A stretch of DNA of 63,312 nt, counting the filler. It is 4 parts of 4 records of this genome, joined end to end, with 100 filler letters (N's around TTAATTAATTAA, not from the genome) between each part and the next. Parts side by side here need not be neighbours in the genome. Positions count along the whole stretch, not along the records: positions 31,705 to 38,125 come from SRR2962707_2802; positions 38,226 to 57,664 come from SRR2962707_2806; 2 more parts are not named here. One strand, 5' to 3'. This document shows positions 36,818 to 47,783 of this stretch, piece after piece. The notes below the pieces were generated by a model that had not been told where the DNA came from, did not search any database, and saw only the letters and a program-made list of their open reading frames with translations. Within the stretch, counting starts at the first letter, position 1. The number at the start of each line of letters is the position of its first letter. Position numbers and translations under genes: made by a program.

Positions 36818-37726
36818 ATGACATCCTCCCCCACGGCAGCAGGAGCTTTCGAGGCGGCGCTTGAAAAATGCGCTGCCGATGTGGCGCGGATGCTCGACCG
36901 CTTGCTGCCGCGCCCCGATGGCCCCGAGGGCCGCATCGCCGAGGCGATGCGCTACGCGGCGCTCGGTGGCGGCAAGCGCTTCCGCCCCTTTCTCGTCTGC
37001 CAGAGTGCCTCGCTTTTCGGCGTTTCCAGCGAGGCCGCGCTCCGCGTCGCCGCTGCCGCCGAATGCGTGCATATCTATTCCCTCGTCCATGACGATCTGC
37101 CCTGCATGGACGACGACGACATGCGCCATGGCTCGCCCTCCGTTCATCGCGAATACGATGAAGCGACGGCGATCCTCGCGGGCGATGCGCTGCTGACGCT
37201 TGCCTTCGAAATTCTCGGCGACCCGGAAACGCATGAGCGCGCGCGGGTCCGCATTGAGCTTGTCCGCCGCCTCGCCGCTGCCGCCGGCGCGCATGGCATG
37301 GTGGGCGGCCAGATGATCGACCTCGTCAGCGAAGGCCGGACACTCGACATGGTCGGCGTCACCCGCCTGCAGCAGTTGAAAACCGGCGCGCTGATCGCCT
37401 TTTCCTGCGAGGCAGGTGCGGTACTTGGACGCGCCTCGCCGGACGCGCTCCACGCGCTACATGCCTATGCGCACGATCTCGGGCTTGCTTACCAGATCGC
37501 GGACGACCTTCTCGACGAGGAAGGAGACGCTGAAACCATGGGCAAGACGGCAGGCAAGGACGCGGCGGCAGGCAAGGCGACTTTTGTGTCGATTCTGGGC
37601 ACGGACAGGGCCCGCGCCCAGGCGCGCATGCTCGCCGATCAGGCGATCCAACACCTTGATTTGTTTGATGAAAGGGCCGATCTTTTGCGTGAGGCGCCGC
37701 GTTTCGTTATAACCCGGCGCAACTAG
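36818..37726 (+). CDS. ispA: Farnesyl diphosphate synthase
   Basis: GGKRFRP, HDDLPCMDDDD, GQMID and QIADD. Confidence 0.95.
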   Translation: MTSSPTAAGAFEAALEKCAADVARMLDRLLPRPDGPEGRIAEAMRYAALGGGKRFRPFLVCQSASLFGVSSEAALRVAAAAECVHIYSLVHDDLPCMDDDDMRHGSPSVHREYDEATAILAGDALLTLAFEILGDPETHERARVRIELVRRLAAAAGAHGMVGGQMIDLVSEGRTLDMVGVTRLQQLKTGALIAFSCEAGAVLGRASPDALHALHAYAHDLGLAYQIADDLLDEEGDAETMGKTAGKDAAAGKATFVSILGTDRARAQARMLADQAIQHLDLFDERADLLREAPRFVITRRN

Positions 37727-37747
37727 AGCGTTTCCAGTAGGAAACGC
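37724..37747 (+). repeat. Short RIME/Bru-RS-like palindromic element overlapping the ispA stop
   Basis: TAGAGCGTTTCC-AGTA-GGAAACGC; shares the 14-mer TAGAGCGTTTCCAG with 62325-62338. Confidence 0.55.
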
Positions 37748-37843
37748 GTCAAAAGACCAGGAGCCGTATGGGCCGTGTTGGCTCGGTCCGGTTTTCCGCT
37801 GAAGGGCGTCCCGCCCCTATCTGGCCGGCACAGGCCGAGGTGA

Positions 37844-38125
37844 GTGTTGAACAGCAATCTCCTGACCCCCTTGCTTGACCGGGTACGCACCCCGGCGGAT
37901 CTTCGCGCGTTTCCCGAGAGCGACCTGAGGCAGATCGCCGACGAGTTGCGCGCGGAAGTAATTGACGCCGTCTCGCAGACGGGCGGCCATCTGGGCGCCG
38001 GGCTCGGCGTGGTCGAACTCACCGTCGCGCTCCACTACATCTTCAACACACCGGAAGACAGGATCATCTGGGATGTCGGCCATCAGGCTTATCCCCACAA
38101 GATCCTGACCGGCCGCCGCGACCGC
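37844..38125 (+). CDS. dxs: 1-deoxy-D-xylulose-5-phosphate synthase, N-terminal fragment (contig edge)
   Basis: [14 protein letters not shown] and [17 protein letters not shown]. Confidence 0.97.
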
Positions 38126-38225
38126 NNNNNNNNNNNNNNNNNNNNNNNNNNNNNNNNNNNNNNNNNNNNTTAATTAATTAANNNNNNNNNNNNNNNNNNN
38201 NNNNNNNNNNNNNNNNNNNNNNNNN
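38126..38225. other. Artificial contig linker
   Basis: N44-TTAATTAATTAA-N44. Confidence 0.99.
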
Positions 38226-38253
38226 CTGCTGGCGTCAACAACTTGACGATGCC
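38226..38253 (-). mobile_element. IS terminus, left copy (IS6-like)
   Basis: Exact reverse complement of 57637-57664; reads GGCATCGTCAAGTTG outward. Confidence 0.75.
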
Positions 38254-38284
38254 CCTCGAATAACTAGGACCACCTCTGTCTGTG

Positions 38285-39304
38285 TCAAAGCTTGGTTTCT
38301 ACGATCTGCCAAGCTGTTTCAGCCCGCAATCGGGCCAGATGCCCCAATTTCAGCGCCTTTTCAGAGGCCGCGTTACCATCCAGTCCGCGTTTGTAGACAC
38401 CTTGGATGATGGCCGCACTGCGGAATAGGGAAAACACGACAAAGAACAGATGGTTGGGAATCGTCGCGCGTCCTGCAAACTCACAATAAAGCTCAAGGAA
38501 TTCTTGTTCCGTCGGGATGCCAAGGGCGGCGTAATCTAGTCCTTTTAGCTTGCCCGTCGGCAATACGTCTGCATGATACAGCGCACAAACGTAGCCCAGG
38601 TCAGCTAACGGGTGGCCCAAGGTGCACAGCTCCCAATCTAGCAGCGCCATAATGTTGGGGGTGTCGTCGCACACGATGACATTCCCGGGCCGATAGTCAC
38701 CGTGCACGAGGGCAGCCTCACCATCCTCGATGACGTATTGGGGCAGCCAATCCATCAACTTGTCCATTGCCGGAATGCTTTCGGTTTCAGTCGCTCTGTA
38801 TTGATTACTCCACCGATCGATCTGGCGGGTCAGGAACCCGTCGGGGCGGCCGAAATTTGATAGGCCGACGGCATCGGTGTCTACGCTATGAAGCGCAGCA
38901 AGGCTGCGCGCAAAATCGGTATAGAACGTGCGGCGCTGGTCCGGCGTCAGACCGGGCAGCGACGGATCTTGATGGACGGGGCCTTTGACCATTTCCATGA
39001 CGTAGAATTCCGTTCCGATGACGCTATGGTCCATACACAGGTCGAGCATCTTCGGCACTGGTACGGGCGTATCGACAAGCGCTGCCATCACGCGGTATTC
39101 ACGATCCACCGCGTGTGCCGAGGGCAGCAAAACACCCGCCGGTTTCTTGCGCAGTACGTAATCCACGCCATCGGCCGTAACTTTGTAGGTGGGGTTCGAT
39201 TGGCCGGCGGTGAATTGGTGCAGGGTGATGTCACCAGAAAATCCGTCGATCTTTGCTGTCAGATAGTCCTGCAGCGCAGCAACGTCAAAATCGGGAGCGG
39301 TCAT
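38285..39304 (-). CDS. APH-family phosphotransferase (ACAD10/11 kinase-like, LvaA-like)
   Basis: GQSNPTY, SAHAVDREY, HGDYRPGN and LDWEL. Confidence 0.92.
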   Translation of the reverse strand: MTAPDFDVAALQDYLTAKIDGFSGDITLHQFTAGQSNPTYKVTADGVDYVLRKKPAGVLLPSAHAVDREYRVMAALVDTPVPVPKMLDLCMDHSVIGTEFYVMEMVKGPVHQDPSLPGLTPDQRRTFYTDFARSLAALHSVDTDAVGLSNFGRPDGFLTRQIDRWSNQYRATETESIPAMDKLMDWLPQYVIEDGEAALVHGDYRPGNVIVCDDTPNIMALLDWELCTLGHPLADLGYVCALYHADVLPTGKLKGLDYAALGIPTEQEFLELYCEFAGRATIPNHLFFVVFSLFRSAAIIQGVYKRGLDGNAASEKALKLGHLARLRAETAWQIVETKL

Positions 39305-41382
39305 GGCTGTGCCTCTTCTGTGTTAAGGTCGGCAAAGCGTTGACCGCTGGCTGCCATCTTGCGCAAAATAACAGGCACCTGCCAGAAATAGGGACCTTCG
39401 GCGGCGTAGTTTTCAATACGTTCTACAAGCGCGGCAGCCCCTATCTGGTCGGCCAAATGCATCGGTCCGCCGTGATGACGGGGAAAGCCGTAGCCAAACA
39501 GTTCGACCGCATCGATATCGACGGGACGCAGGGAGATACCATCGTCCAAAAGCTGTGCACCTTCGGCGATCATCGCGGTGATGCAACGATCGATGATGTC
39601 TTCATCGGTGAAGCTGCGCAGAGAGAGGTCCAGCGCCGCGCGTTCCGCGTTTATGATGTCTACTGCGCCCGCGTTGGGGCCCTGTTGCTTGCCCCCATCA
39701 TAAACGTAATACCCCTTCCCCGTTTTGCGCCCGTACCAGCCCTGATCGCAGATCAAATCGGCGATGCGGGAATAGCGTTCGTCGGTTGGCCGGGTTGCGG
39801 CCTTACGGTCGCGGGTCGCCTTGGCTATATCCAATCCGGCAAGATCCCCTACGGCGAAAGGCCCCATTGCAAAGCCAAACCGTTCCAACGCACCATCAAC
39901 CTGTGTGAAGTCCGCGCCGTCCAGCACGAGATATTCGCACGCTTTGCGGTATTTCGTCAGAATGCGATTGCCAATGAACCCGTCACAATTGCTTGAGCGA
40001 ACAGGGACTTTTCGGATTTTGCGAGCCAGCTCAAACACAGTCGCCGTCACCTCAGGGGCCGTATTTTCAGGCACAACAACCTCAAGCAGCCTCATAATAT
40101 GTGCGGGCGAGAAAAAGTGCAGACCGATGACATCTGCAGGTCGAGTTGTTGCGACTGAGATGGCGTTCACATCTAGATAAGAGGTGTTGGTTGCCAGAAT
40201 ACAGCCCTGTTTACAGACCCTATCTAACGCTTGAAATACCGAGATTTTGGCGGACATGTCTTCGAAAATAGCCTCAACCACCAAATCCACTTCCGACAGG
40301 CTTTCCATCTGGGTAGAACACCGAAACGCAGCAAACGCTGCTGCATGACCGGTTTGCGAAAGTTTGCCGCGCTTCAACGCGCCCGCAAGGTTGCCCTCAA
40401 TTGCGATTCTGGCACATTCAGCGGCCTCGGCCCTAGCCTCGATTAATGTAACGGGAAAACCAGAGATCAGAAACGCGGTGGCAATCCCCACGCCCATCGT
40501 GCCGCCGCCCACAACGCCTATCTGATCGATGGTCCGTGTTTTTGCGCCTTGTTCGGGAATTTTCGCCGTGGCGCGTTCGGCAAAAAATGCGTGAACCAAT
40601 CCGGCGCGTTCCGGACCATCCATCAGCTCCATGAACAAGGCGCGTTCTTTTTGCAAACCTTGCGTGATCGGCAATATCGCCGCCTCAACAGCGTCGATGG
40701 CGCGTAAAGGGGCGTTCAGGCCCTTGGCATATCTGGTCCGCGCGGCGGTAAGGGCGGCGGTGTCCGGCGCGACGATCAGGCTATCGGTCGGGGTGGCGGT
40801 CAACGTGCCGTTCAACACATCGCGCGCGGCCAGTATCCCAGCATCGCGCGCGGTGCCATCTACTAGTCGGGCGATGATGCTAAGCTTCATCGCCTCAGTG
40901 TCCGACACATCGCGGCCTTTGCAGATAATATCCGTGGCCGCCGCGATCCCGGTGAGACGTGTCAGGCGCTGGGTGCCGCCCGCGCCGGGTAAGAGCCCTA
41001 GTTTAACCTCAGGCAGGCCCAGTTTGACGCCGATGATCCCGACGCGAAGATGCGTGGCCAACGCCAGTTCCAAAGCACCGCCTAAGGCCACGCCATGCAG
41101 GGCTGCGATAACCGGTTTTGGGCTATCATTGAGGGCCTTGAGCACATCCGGCAGGGTCGGCTTTTCTGCAGCGCGGGCGAAATCTTTGATGTCCGCACCC
41201 GCCGAAAAGAACCGCCCTTCGCCGTAAAGGACAATGGCCTTAACACTGACGTCCCCCAAAAGCCGTTCAAGAGCGTCACCCACCGCTGTGCGCAAGGCCA
41301 CACCAAGCGCGTTCACTGGAGGTTTTGTTAGGCAAATCAGCCCGATATCGCCCGCGTGTTCGATATGAACGATGTCGCTCAT
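39301..41382 (-). CDS. Enoyl-CoA hydratase/3-hydroxyacyl-CoA dehydrogenase (FadB-like)
   Basis: FSAGADI, LPEVKLGLLPGAGGTQRL, GGGTMG and GLHFFSPA. Confidence 0.95.
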   Translation of the reverse strand: MSDIVHIEHAGDIGLICLTKPPVNALGVALRTAVGDALERLLGDVSVKAIVLYGEGRFFSAGADIKDFARAAEKPTLPDVLKALNDSPKPVIAALHGVALGGALELALATHLRVGIIGVKLGLPEVKLGLLPGAGGTQRLTRLTGIAAATDIICKGRDVSDTEAMKLSIIARLVDGTARDAGILAARDVLNGTLTATPTDSLIVAPDTAALTAARTRYAKGLNAPLRAIDAVEAAILPITQGLQKERALFMELMDGPERAGLVHAFFAERATAKIPEQGAKTRTIDQIGVVGGGTMGVGIATAFLISGFPVTLIEARAEAAECARIAIEGNLAGALKRGKLSQTGHAAAFAAFRCSTQMESLSEVDLVVEAIFEDMSAKISVFQALDRVCKQGCILATNTSYLDVNAISVATTRPADVIGLHFFSPAHIMRLLEVVVPENTAPEVTATVFELARKIRKVPVRSSNCDGFIGNRILTKYRKACEYLVLDGADFTQVDGALERFGFAMGPFAVGDLAGLDIAKATRDRKAATRPTDERYSRIADLICDQGWYGRKTGKGYYVYDGGKQQGPNAGAVDIINAERAALDLSLRSFTDEDIIDRCITAMIAEGAQLLDDGISLRPVDIDAVELFGYGFPRHHGGPMHLADQIGAAALVERIENYAAEGPYFWQVPVILRKMAASGQRFADLNTEEAQP

Positions 41383-42578
41383 GCTGGGTTTTCCTCCATG
41401 CGCTCAATGATCATCGCGATGCCCTGACCAAAGCCGATGCACATGGACAGGCAGGCATAACGACCGTTCGTGCGTTCCAACTGGCGAAGCCCTGTCAGGA
41501 TCAGCCGTGCCCCCGATGCGCCGAGAGGATGGCCGATGGCAATGGCCCCGCCATTGGGGTTCAGACGGGCGTCGTCGCCTTGGATATCAAGCGCCTTGCA
41601 ACAGGCGAGAACTTGGGACGCGAAGGCTTCGTTAATCTCGATCACGTCCATGTCGGCGAGAGTCAGGCCAGCCCGTTCAAGTGCCCTGGGAATGGCATAG
41701 GCCGGACCGATGCCCATGATGCGTGGGGCTACACCAGACACCGCGCCGGACAGGATGCGCGCCCGTGGCGGGCCAAAACTGCCCTGCCCGATGATCAGCG
41801 CGGCTGCACCGTCGTTTATGCCGGATGCATTGGCCGCCGTAACAACGCCGCCCGGAAACACAGGCCGCATCGTTGCCAATTTCGCGAGCGTGCCGCCAGG
41901 GCGGGGGTGTTCATCCGCCGTGACCGTTGTGATACTGCGTTTCGGACCCGCCACATCAATGGGTGTGATTTCACCCTCAAAGAACCCGTCTGCACGGGCG
42001 CTTTCATATTTGTCCTGACTGGCCAGCGCGTAGGCGTCGCATGCCTCGCGCGATATACCGAAATCCGACACCAGGTTATCGGCGGTTTGGGGCATCGTAT
42101 CGGTGCCAAACAGTTCGCCAAACATCAGGTTTGGAAACGGTTTTCCAGCCGTCGAGTCGTAGATTTCGCTTTGCCGCGACCATGCGGAAGACGACTTTGC
42201 TAATACAAACGGCGCACGAGACATGCTTTCAACGCCCCCCGCGACGAACAACGCACCATCCCCGACCGTCGCCGCGCGTGCGGCATCAAGAGCGGCGGAC
42301 ATGCTCGACCCGCACAGGCGGTTCACCGTCTGCGCCCCGACTGTTTCAGGCAGCCCGGCGAGCAATGCCGAGAAGCGGGCCAGGTTGCGGCTATCTTCGC
42401 CGGATTGGCAGACATTACCCAGAATGACGTCCTCGACCCGATTCAACGACAGGTCGTTGCGGGCGACCAATGCGCGCATCACCTCGGCCATCAGATCATC
42501 GGGCCGCGCGGTGGCCAATGCGCCGCCGTGGCGGCCAAACGGGCTGCGCAAGCCGTCATAGATATAGGCATTAAGCAT
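41379..42578 (-). CDS. Thiolase (PcaF/PaaJ-like acetyl-CoA C-acyltransferase)
   Basis: NRLCGSS, NEAFA, GHPLGASG and CIGFGQG. Confidence 0.95.
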   Translation of the reverse strand: MLNAYIYDGLRSPFGRHGGALATARPDDLMAEVMRALVARNDLSLNRVEDVILGNVCQSGEDSRNLARFSALLAGLPETVGAQTVNRLCGSSMSAALDAARAATVGDGALFVAGGVESMSRAPFVLAKSSSAWSRQSEIYDSTAGKPFPNLMFGELFGTDTMPQTADNLVSDFGISREACDAYALASQDKYESARADGFFEGEITPIDVAGPKRSITTVTADEHPRPGGTLAKLATMRPVFPGGVVTAANASGINDGAAALIIGQGSFGPPRARILSGAVSGVAPRIMGIGPAYAIPRALERAGLTLADMDVIEINEAFASQVLACCKALDIQGDDARLNPNGGAIAIGHPLGASGARLILTGLRQLERTNGRYACLSMCIGFGQGIAMIIERMEENPA

Positions 42579-42590
42579 CTTGTCTGTCCC

Positions 42591-44054
42591 TTATTCGGCC
42601 AAAAATTTGCCCGCGTCTTGCATGGCAGTGATGGACGGCATGGACTTGATCTCCATGAATTCTTCCAATCCGATTAACCCGCCTTCGCGTCCGTTGCCAG
42701 AACGTTTGTAGCCACCCAAAGGCGCGCCAAAAACGGTGCCTTGACCGTTGATCCCGACGTTACCTGCGCGAAGCTGTGCGGCGACTCGGGCGGCACGGCT
42801 GGCGCTGCCAGTTTGGATGTAAGCGGCCAATCCATAATCGGTGTCATTGGCTAAAGCGATGGCTTCGTCCTCGGTGTCGAACGGAATGATGCACAAAACA
42901 GGGCCGAAAATTTCCTCGCGCGCGATGGCCATGTCATTGGTGACATCGGTAAAGACCGTCGGCTTGACGAACCAACCGGTGTCCATTCCGTCAGGTCGAC
43001 CAAGCCCACCGGCTACCAAACGTGCGCCTTCATTGATCCCCATTTGGATCATGGATTGGACCCGATCAAATTGCGCCTTGTTGGCCAACGGGCCAATGTG
43101 GGGCCCTTCAACTGCGGGATCACCGATGGTCTGAGACCGGGCCTTGGCGATGGCCATGTCCACGACTGCATCATAACAACTGCGTTCGACCAACATGCGG
43201 GTCGGCGCGTTGCAGCCCTGCCCCGTGTTTAAGAAGCAACGGCCGACGGCGGCCGGAACGGTGGCCTTCAGATCGGCATCCGCAAAGACGAGGTTCGGGG
43301 ATTTACCGCCAAGTTCTAGCGTGACACGTTTTATGGTTTCTGCTGCATCTCGGGTTACCATTGCACCAGCGCGTGTTGATCCCGTGAACGACAACATCGC
43401 GACGTCTGGGTGGCGCGACAACGCGCTGCCCACGGTCGGTCCGTCACCAAAAACCATGTTGAACACACCGCGCGGAAACCCTGCCTGATCCATAAATTCG
43501 GCAAACAGGGCAGCAGATAGGGGCGTTTCCTCGGACGGTTTTAGCACGCAGGTCGCGCCAGCGGCCAAGGCGGGTAATACCTTTGGTACGATCTGAAAGA
43601 TCGGCCAATTCCATGGTGTGATCAAACCGCAGACACCTATGGGTTCACGGCGCACGATGTCGCCAGTAGGCAAGACCTGTTCGAGCTCCAACGCCTCCAG
43701 TGCGGCGATGAATTGATCCACATGACGGGTTGCACTTCCGGCTTGGGCGTTGCGCGACAATGTGATCGGCGCACCCATCTCGGCGGTGATGGCCTGTGCC
43801 ATTTCCTCGTTGCGGTCCTGCAGAACTTCTTGCAGACGCCGCATCAGAGCAATGCGGTCGGCCTTTGAGGTGCGTGAATAGCTTTCAAACGCTGCCTTTG
43901 CCGCCTGCACGGCTCGATCGACGTCCTTCACCGACCCCAACGTGACCGTCCCGATCTGTTTTTCGGTCGCGGGGTTCGTGATGGGGAACAATTGCCCCCC
44001 ATCGCTGTCGTTCCACGCGCCGTCAATGTAGTTTTGGTTGAGCGACTTCATCAT
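42591..44054 (-). CDS. Aldehyde dehydrogenase
   Basis: ITPWNWP, FTGST, LELGGKSP, GQGC and EEIFGPV. Confidence 0.95.
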   Translation of the reverse strand: MMKSLNQNYIDGAWNDSDGGQLFPITNPATEKQIGTVTLGSVKDVDRAVQAAKAAFESYSRTSKADRIALMRRLQEVLQDRNEEMAQAITAEMGAPITLSRNAQAGSATRHVDQFIAALEALELEQVLPTGDIVRREPIGVCGLITPWNWPIFQIVPKVLPALAAGATCVLKPSEETPLSAALFAEFMDQAGFPRGVFNMVFGDGPTVGSALSRHPDVAMLSFTGSTRAGAMVTRDAAETIKRVTLELGGKSPNLVFADADLKATVPAAVGRCFLNTGQGCNAPTRMLVERSCYDAVVDMAIAKARSQTIGDPAVEGPHIGPLANKAQFDRVQSMIQMGINEGARLVAGGLGRPDGMDTGWFVKPTVFTDVTNDMAIAREEIFGPVLCIIPFDTEDEAIALANDTDYGLAAYIQTGSASRAARVAAQLRAGNVGINGQGTVFGAPLGGYKRSGNGREGGLIGLEEFMEIKSMPSITAMQDAGKFLAE

Positions 44055-44060
44055 CTGCCC

Positions 44061-44441
44061 CTAAAGCATATCGTGTTCGTCCAGCACCTTGCGGGCATGG
44101 CGAAAACATTCGAGTCCCTGCGGAACGCCGCAGTAGATGCCGATAATATGCAGGATAGCGCGGATTTCTTCTTTGGTGACGCCATTTTTGATTGCGCCGC
44201 GGCAATGGATTTCCCATTCGGTCATTTTGCCCAATGCGGCGAGCATCGTCAGGTTCAACATCGAACGTGTTTTGTGGTCGATTGCATCATCGCCCCAACC
44301 GAACCCCCAGCACCACGCGGTCATCGCCTCCTGAAAGGGGAGCGAGAAATCATCCGCCGCGGCCAAGTTTTTCTCTACGTATTCAGCGCCTACAACCGCT
44401 TTGCGGTTCTTCAGGCCTTCTTCGAATAGTTTCTCGTCCAT
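44061..44441 (-). CDS. Carboxymuconolactone decarboxylase family protein
   Basis: EGLKNRKAVVGAEYV, WCWGFGW and IYCGVP. Confidence 0.9.
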   Translation of the reverse strand: MDEKLFEEGLKNRKAVVGAEYVEKNLAAADDFSLPFQEAMTAWCWGFGWGDDAIDHKTRSMLNLTMLAALGKMTEWEIHCRGAIKNGVTKEEIRAILHIIGIYCGVPQGLECFRHARKVLDEHDML

Positions 44442-44454
44442 GGGTAATATCCAA

Positions 44455-45627
44455 TCAGGCAACAACGCCGCCTTCGTAAAAGCGGTCGATTTCGAGCTTT
44501 TGGTAGCCAAGTTCGATCAGGACGGCACGGGTGTGCTGACCGACGGTCGGGGATTGGGCCAAAACGTCACCAACGGTGAAATTAGGCAAGCCGGGAATGT
44601 TGGGGACCGGCCACGGGTCATCGCTGCCCGCTTGATCCAGCCATGCAAAGACGTCGATTTCCTTGGCTTGTGGATGGTCAACAAAATCGCGGTAGGACTG
44701 GACCGGAATGTTCTGCAATCCGGCTTTGCTCAGCACCTCAGACAATGCCTCGGCATCCCATGTCTTGGTGATGTCGCGGACGTAGTCGTTTAGGTAATCG
44801 ATCTCTTTCAAACGGCCAGCGATCGTATGAAATTTCGTTTGCGCCCAAAGGTCATCAAGACCCATCAGCTTACAGAACGTCGCAAACTCGGTGTCGCGCA
44901 CGATGTTGATCTGGATGTATCCGTCTTTGGTCTGAAATGTCCCTGACGGCGCTGTGGATGCCTTGCGGGCGCCGCTGCGATAACCGCTTAACAGACGCAC
45001 GGCCTGAATGGCGCCTGCGCCCTCCATCAGACTTATCTTGATAAGGCGACCTTTTTCGTGATCGCGCCTCGCGTAAAGCGCACCTGCCAAGGCCTGTGTG
45101 GCATACAACCCAGTTGCCATATCGAAATAGCTGACAGGCGTGTGATGGGCGATACCATCCATACCTGTGTTTTCATGCACAAAGCCGCTAAAGGCCTGCA
45201 ACATCGGATCCATCGCTGGCTTGTCACGCAGAGGCCCGGAGTCGCCAAAGCCGGAGATCGATATATAGATTAAACCCGGATTCATGGCGGACAAACGATC
45301 GTAACCAAAACCAAGACGTTGCGCGACGCCGGGGCGATAGCCTTCGATGAACACGTCGGCCTGTGCGATCAACTTATCGGTGACTCCTTTCGCGTCTTCT
45401 TCTTTCAGGTCCAAGCTGATCGCCCGTTTGCCCATATTTGCCACGATGGAATAGGCCGTGTGATCGCCGAAAACGCCACCAATCAAGCGCGCCCAATCGC
45501 CCCCTTTAGGTTCGATCTTGATCACATCCGCGCCCTGTTGGGCCATCAACATACCACAGTATGGCCCCGCAAGGCCTTGGGACAGATCGACGACCTTCAG
45601 ACCCTCATAAGGGCGTTCAAAACTCAT
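44455..45627 (-). CDS. CaiB/BaiF family III CoA transferase
   Basis: VVDLSQGLAGPY, GADVIKIEP and SISGFG. Confidence 0.93.
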   Translation of the reverse strand: MSFERPYEGLKVVDLSQGLAGPYCGMLMAQQGADVIKIEPKGGDWARLIGGVFGDHTAYSIVANMGKRAISLDLKEEDAKGVTDKLIAQADVFIEGYRPGVAQRLGFGYDRLSAMNPGLIYISISGFGDSGPLRDKPAMDPMLQAFSGFVHENTGMDGIAHHTPVSYFDMATGLYATQALAGALYARRDHEKGRLIKISLMEGAGAIQAVRLLSGYRSGARKASTAPSGTFQTKDGYIQINIVRDTEFATFCKLMGLDDLWAQTKFHTIAGRLKEIDYLNDYVRDITKTWDAEALSEVLSKAGLQNIPVQSYRDFVDHPQAKEIDVFAWLDQAGSDDPWPVPNIPGLPNFTVGDVLAQSPTVGQHTRAVLIELGYQKLEIDRFYEGGVVA

Positions 45628-46496
45628 GACTTTCCCCGTTGATCAAGGACTTGATAAACGCGGGTAAAGTCTGACTTTGGCGGCAGCGTTTCCTCGACCA
45701 GGTTCCAAACTTCGGCGACACGTTCGCCCATCATGTTGGATGTACCTGCTTCTTTGACGAACTCGTTGTACAGGCGCACGTCCTTGTTCAACAATTCGGC
45801 AAAGAATCCCGCATCAAACGTACCCGGAAGAACGCGGTTGGGGAATTTGTCGGCGATGGCGGTGTTATTCCCAGTGGAAACTTTCACCACGTCGATGATC
45901 GTTTTCATCTCGACGCCATGGGACAACCCAAACAGAACGGCCTCGGATGACGCTGCCATGGCTGTTGCCGACAAGAAGTTATTGAGCAGTTTGACCGCCT
46001 GCCCCTGCCCTGGCTCAGATCCGACGTGAAACGCATTGGCGCAGAACAGGTCGATGATGGGGCGGTGGCGTGTGAATTCATCCTCGGATCCCGCCCAGAT
46101 GATCGTGATAGATGCCTTTAGCGCACCCTGACGACCGCCGCTGACGGGGGCGTCAATATAGGTCATGCCTGCCCCATTGATCGTGGCCGCTGCTTTGTTT
46201 GCATCCGCCGGACCAATGGTCGACATCTCAATCAGGACCTTGCCCGCTACATCAGGAATTGCGGTGATTTGGGCGGCAACCGCATTGACGATCTTACCAT
46301 CAGGTAGGGACGTAAAAATCGTGTCCGCACCAGCAATCACCGCCTCAAGACTGTCCATTTCTGTAGCGCCCGCAGGGGCAAGACCCGACACCATATCAAA
46401 ACAGATGACGGGCGTTGGCCCTTTGGCGATGAAGGCGGCCATCGGTTCGCCCATTTGGCCAAGACCGATAAAGCCGATGGTTTTTGGAGTAGTCAT
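45624..46496 (-). CDS. Beta-hydroxyacid dehydrogenase (HIBADH family)
   Basis: GFIGLGQMG, DAPVSGG and KLLNN. Confidence 0.92.
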   Translation of the reverse strand: MTTPKTIGFIGLGQMGEPMAAFIAKGPTPVICFDMVSGLAPAGATEMDSLEAVIAGADTIFTSLPDGKIVNAVAAQITAIPDVAGKVLIEMSTIGPADANKAAATINGAGMTYIDAPVSGGRQGALKASITIIWAGSEDEFTRHRPIIDLFCANAFHVGSEPGQGQAVKLLNNFLSATAMAASSEAVLFGLSHGVEMKTIIDVVKVSTGNNTAIADKFPNRVLPGTFDAGFFAELLNKDVRLYNEFVKEAGTSNMMGERVAEVWNLVEETLPPKSDFTRVYQVLDQRGKS

Positions 46497-46505
46497 AATC
46501 TGGTC

Positions 46506-47738
46506 CTATCGATTGATGTATTTTTTCAACTCAAGGCGAGCAATCTGGTTTGCGTGAACTTCATCAGGACCGTCGGCCAACCGGATCGCACGCGCCCGGG
46601 CATAGGCGTAAGACAGGCCAAAATCGCTAGAAATACCTGCAGCACCATGGGCCTGAATCGCCCAATCGATTACTTGGGCGGCCATATTTGGGGCGACCAC
46701 TTTAATCATGCCGATCTCTTTTCGGGCTTCTTTGTTCCCAACCTTGTCCATCCGATCGGCGGCATTCAGGGTCAACAGCCGTGCCTGATCGATCATGATA
46801 CGAGACTGGGCAATCCAGCCGCGCACAATTCCTTGGTCCGAAAGGGGTTTGCCAAAAGGATGACGGTCAACCACGCGGCGGCACATCTTCTCTAACGCGA
46901 CTTCCGCCTGGCCGATCATCCTCATACAGTGGTGAATCCGTCCGGGTCCAAGCCGCCCTTGAGCAATCTCAAAACCACGCCCTTCGCCAAACAGGATATT
47001 GCTGACCGGTACGCGAACGTTGTCATAGACAATCTCGCCGTGGCCGTGTGGCGCATCCGAGAAGCCAAAGACTGGGATCATCCGTTTGATGATCAGACCG
47101 GGCGTGTCACGTGGCACAAGGATCATGGATTGCTGCCGGTATGGGTCTTCGCCATCAGGGTCAGTTTTCCCCATAACTATGAACAGTTTACAGCGGGAAT
47201 CGCCAGATCCAGATGTCCACCATTTGCGCCCGTTGATCACATATTCGTCGCCATCACGTAAAATGGTCAGGCTAATATTACGCGCGTCAGACGAAGCAAC
47301 GTCGGGTTCCGTCATCGAGAAACACGAGCGGATTTCACCCGCAAGAAGCGGTTCCATCCACTCTTTTTTCTGCGCGTCCGTGCCATAGCGTTCAAGCGTT
47401 TCCATATTACCGGTATCGGGGGCAGAGCAGTTGAAAATCTCGGCCGACCACGGCGCACGACCCATGATTTCGCAAAGCGGTGCATATTCCAGATTGGTCA
47501 ACCCACCACCACGACGGCTTTCAGGCAGAAATAGGTTCCAAAGACCCTCAGCACGGGCTTTGACCTTCAACTCTTCGACAATCGGTACGCCGCCCCAGTT
47601 CCGCCAATCGTCAACCGTGTGTCCCATGTCTTTCAGTTGCTGCTGGTAGACGGGCTCATTCGGGTAGACATGCGCGTCCATGAAGGCCTCTAGACGATCA
47701 CAAAGATCGCGGGCTTTCGGACTCATTTCAAAATCCAT
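46506..47738 (-). CDS. Acyl-CoA dehydrogenase, ACAD10/11 (LvaC-like) subfamily
   Basis: [37 protein letters not shown] and [10 protein letters not shown]. Confidence 0.93.
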   Translation of the reverse strand: MDFEMSPKARDLCDRLEAFMDAHVYPNEPVYQQQLKDMGHTVDDWRNWGGVPIVEELKVKARAEGLWNLFLPESRRGGGLTNLEYAPLCEIMGRAPWSAEIFNCSAPDTGNMETLERYGTDAQKKEWMEPLLAGEIRSCFSMTEPDVASSDARNISLTILRDGDEYVINGRKWWTSGSGDSRCKLFIVMGKTDPDGEDPYRQQSMILVPRDTPGLIIKRMIPVFGFSDAPHGHGEIVYDNVRVPVSNILFGEGRGFEIAQGRLGPGRIHHCMRMIGQAEVALEKMCRRVVDRHPFGKPLSDQGIVRGWIAQSRIMIDQARLLTLNAADRMDKVGNKEARKEIGMIKVVAPNMAAQVIDWAIQAHGAAGISSDFGLSYAYARARAIRLADGPDEVHANQIARLELKKYINR

Positions 47739-47783
47739 TATTCGTCTCCTATTTGAATTCCTTTTAGACCGGCATCGGTCTGC

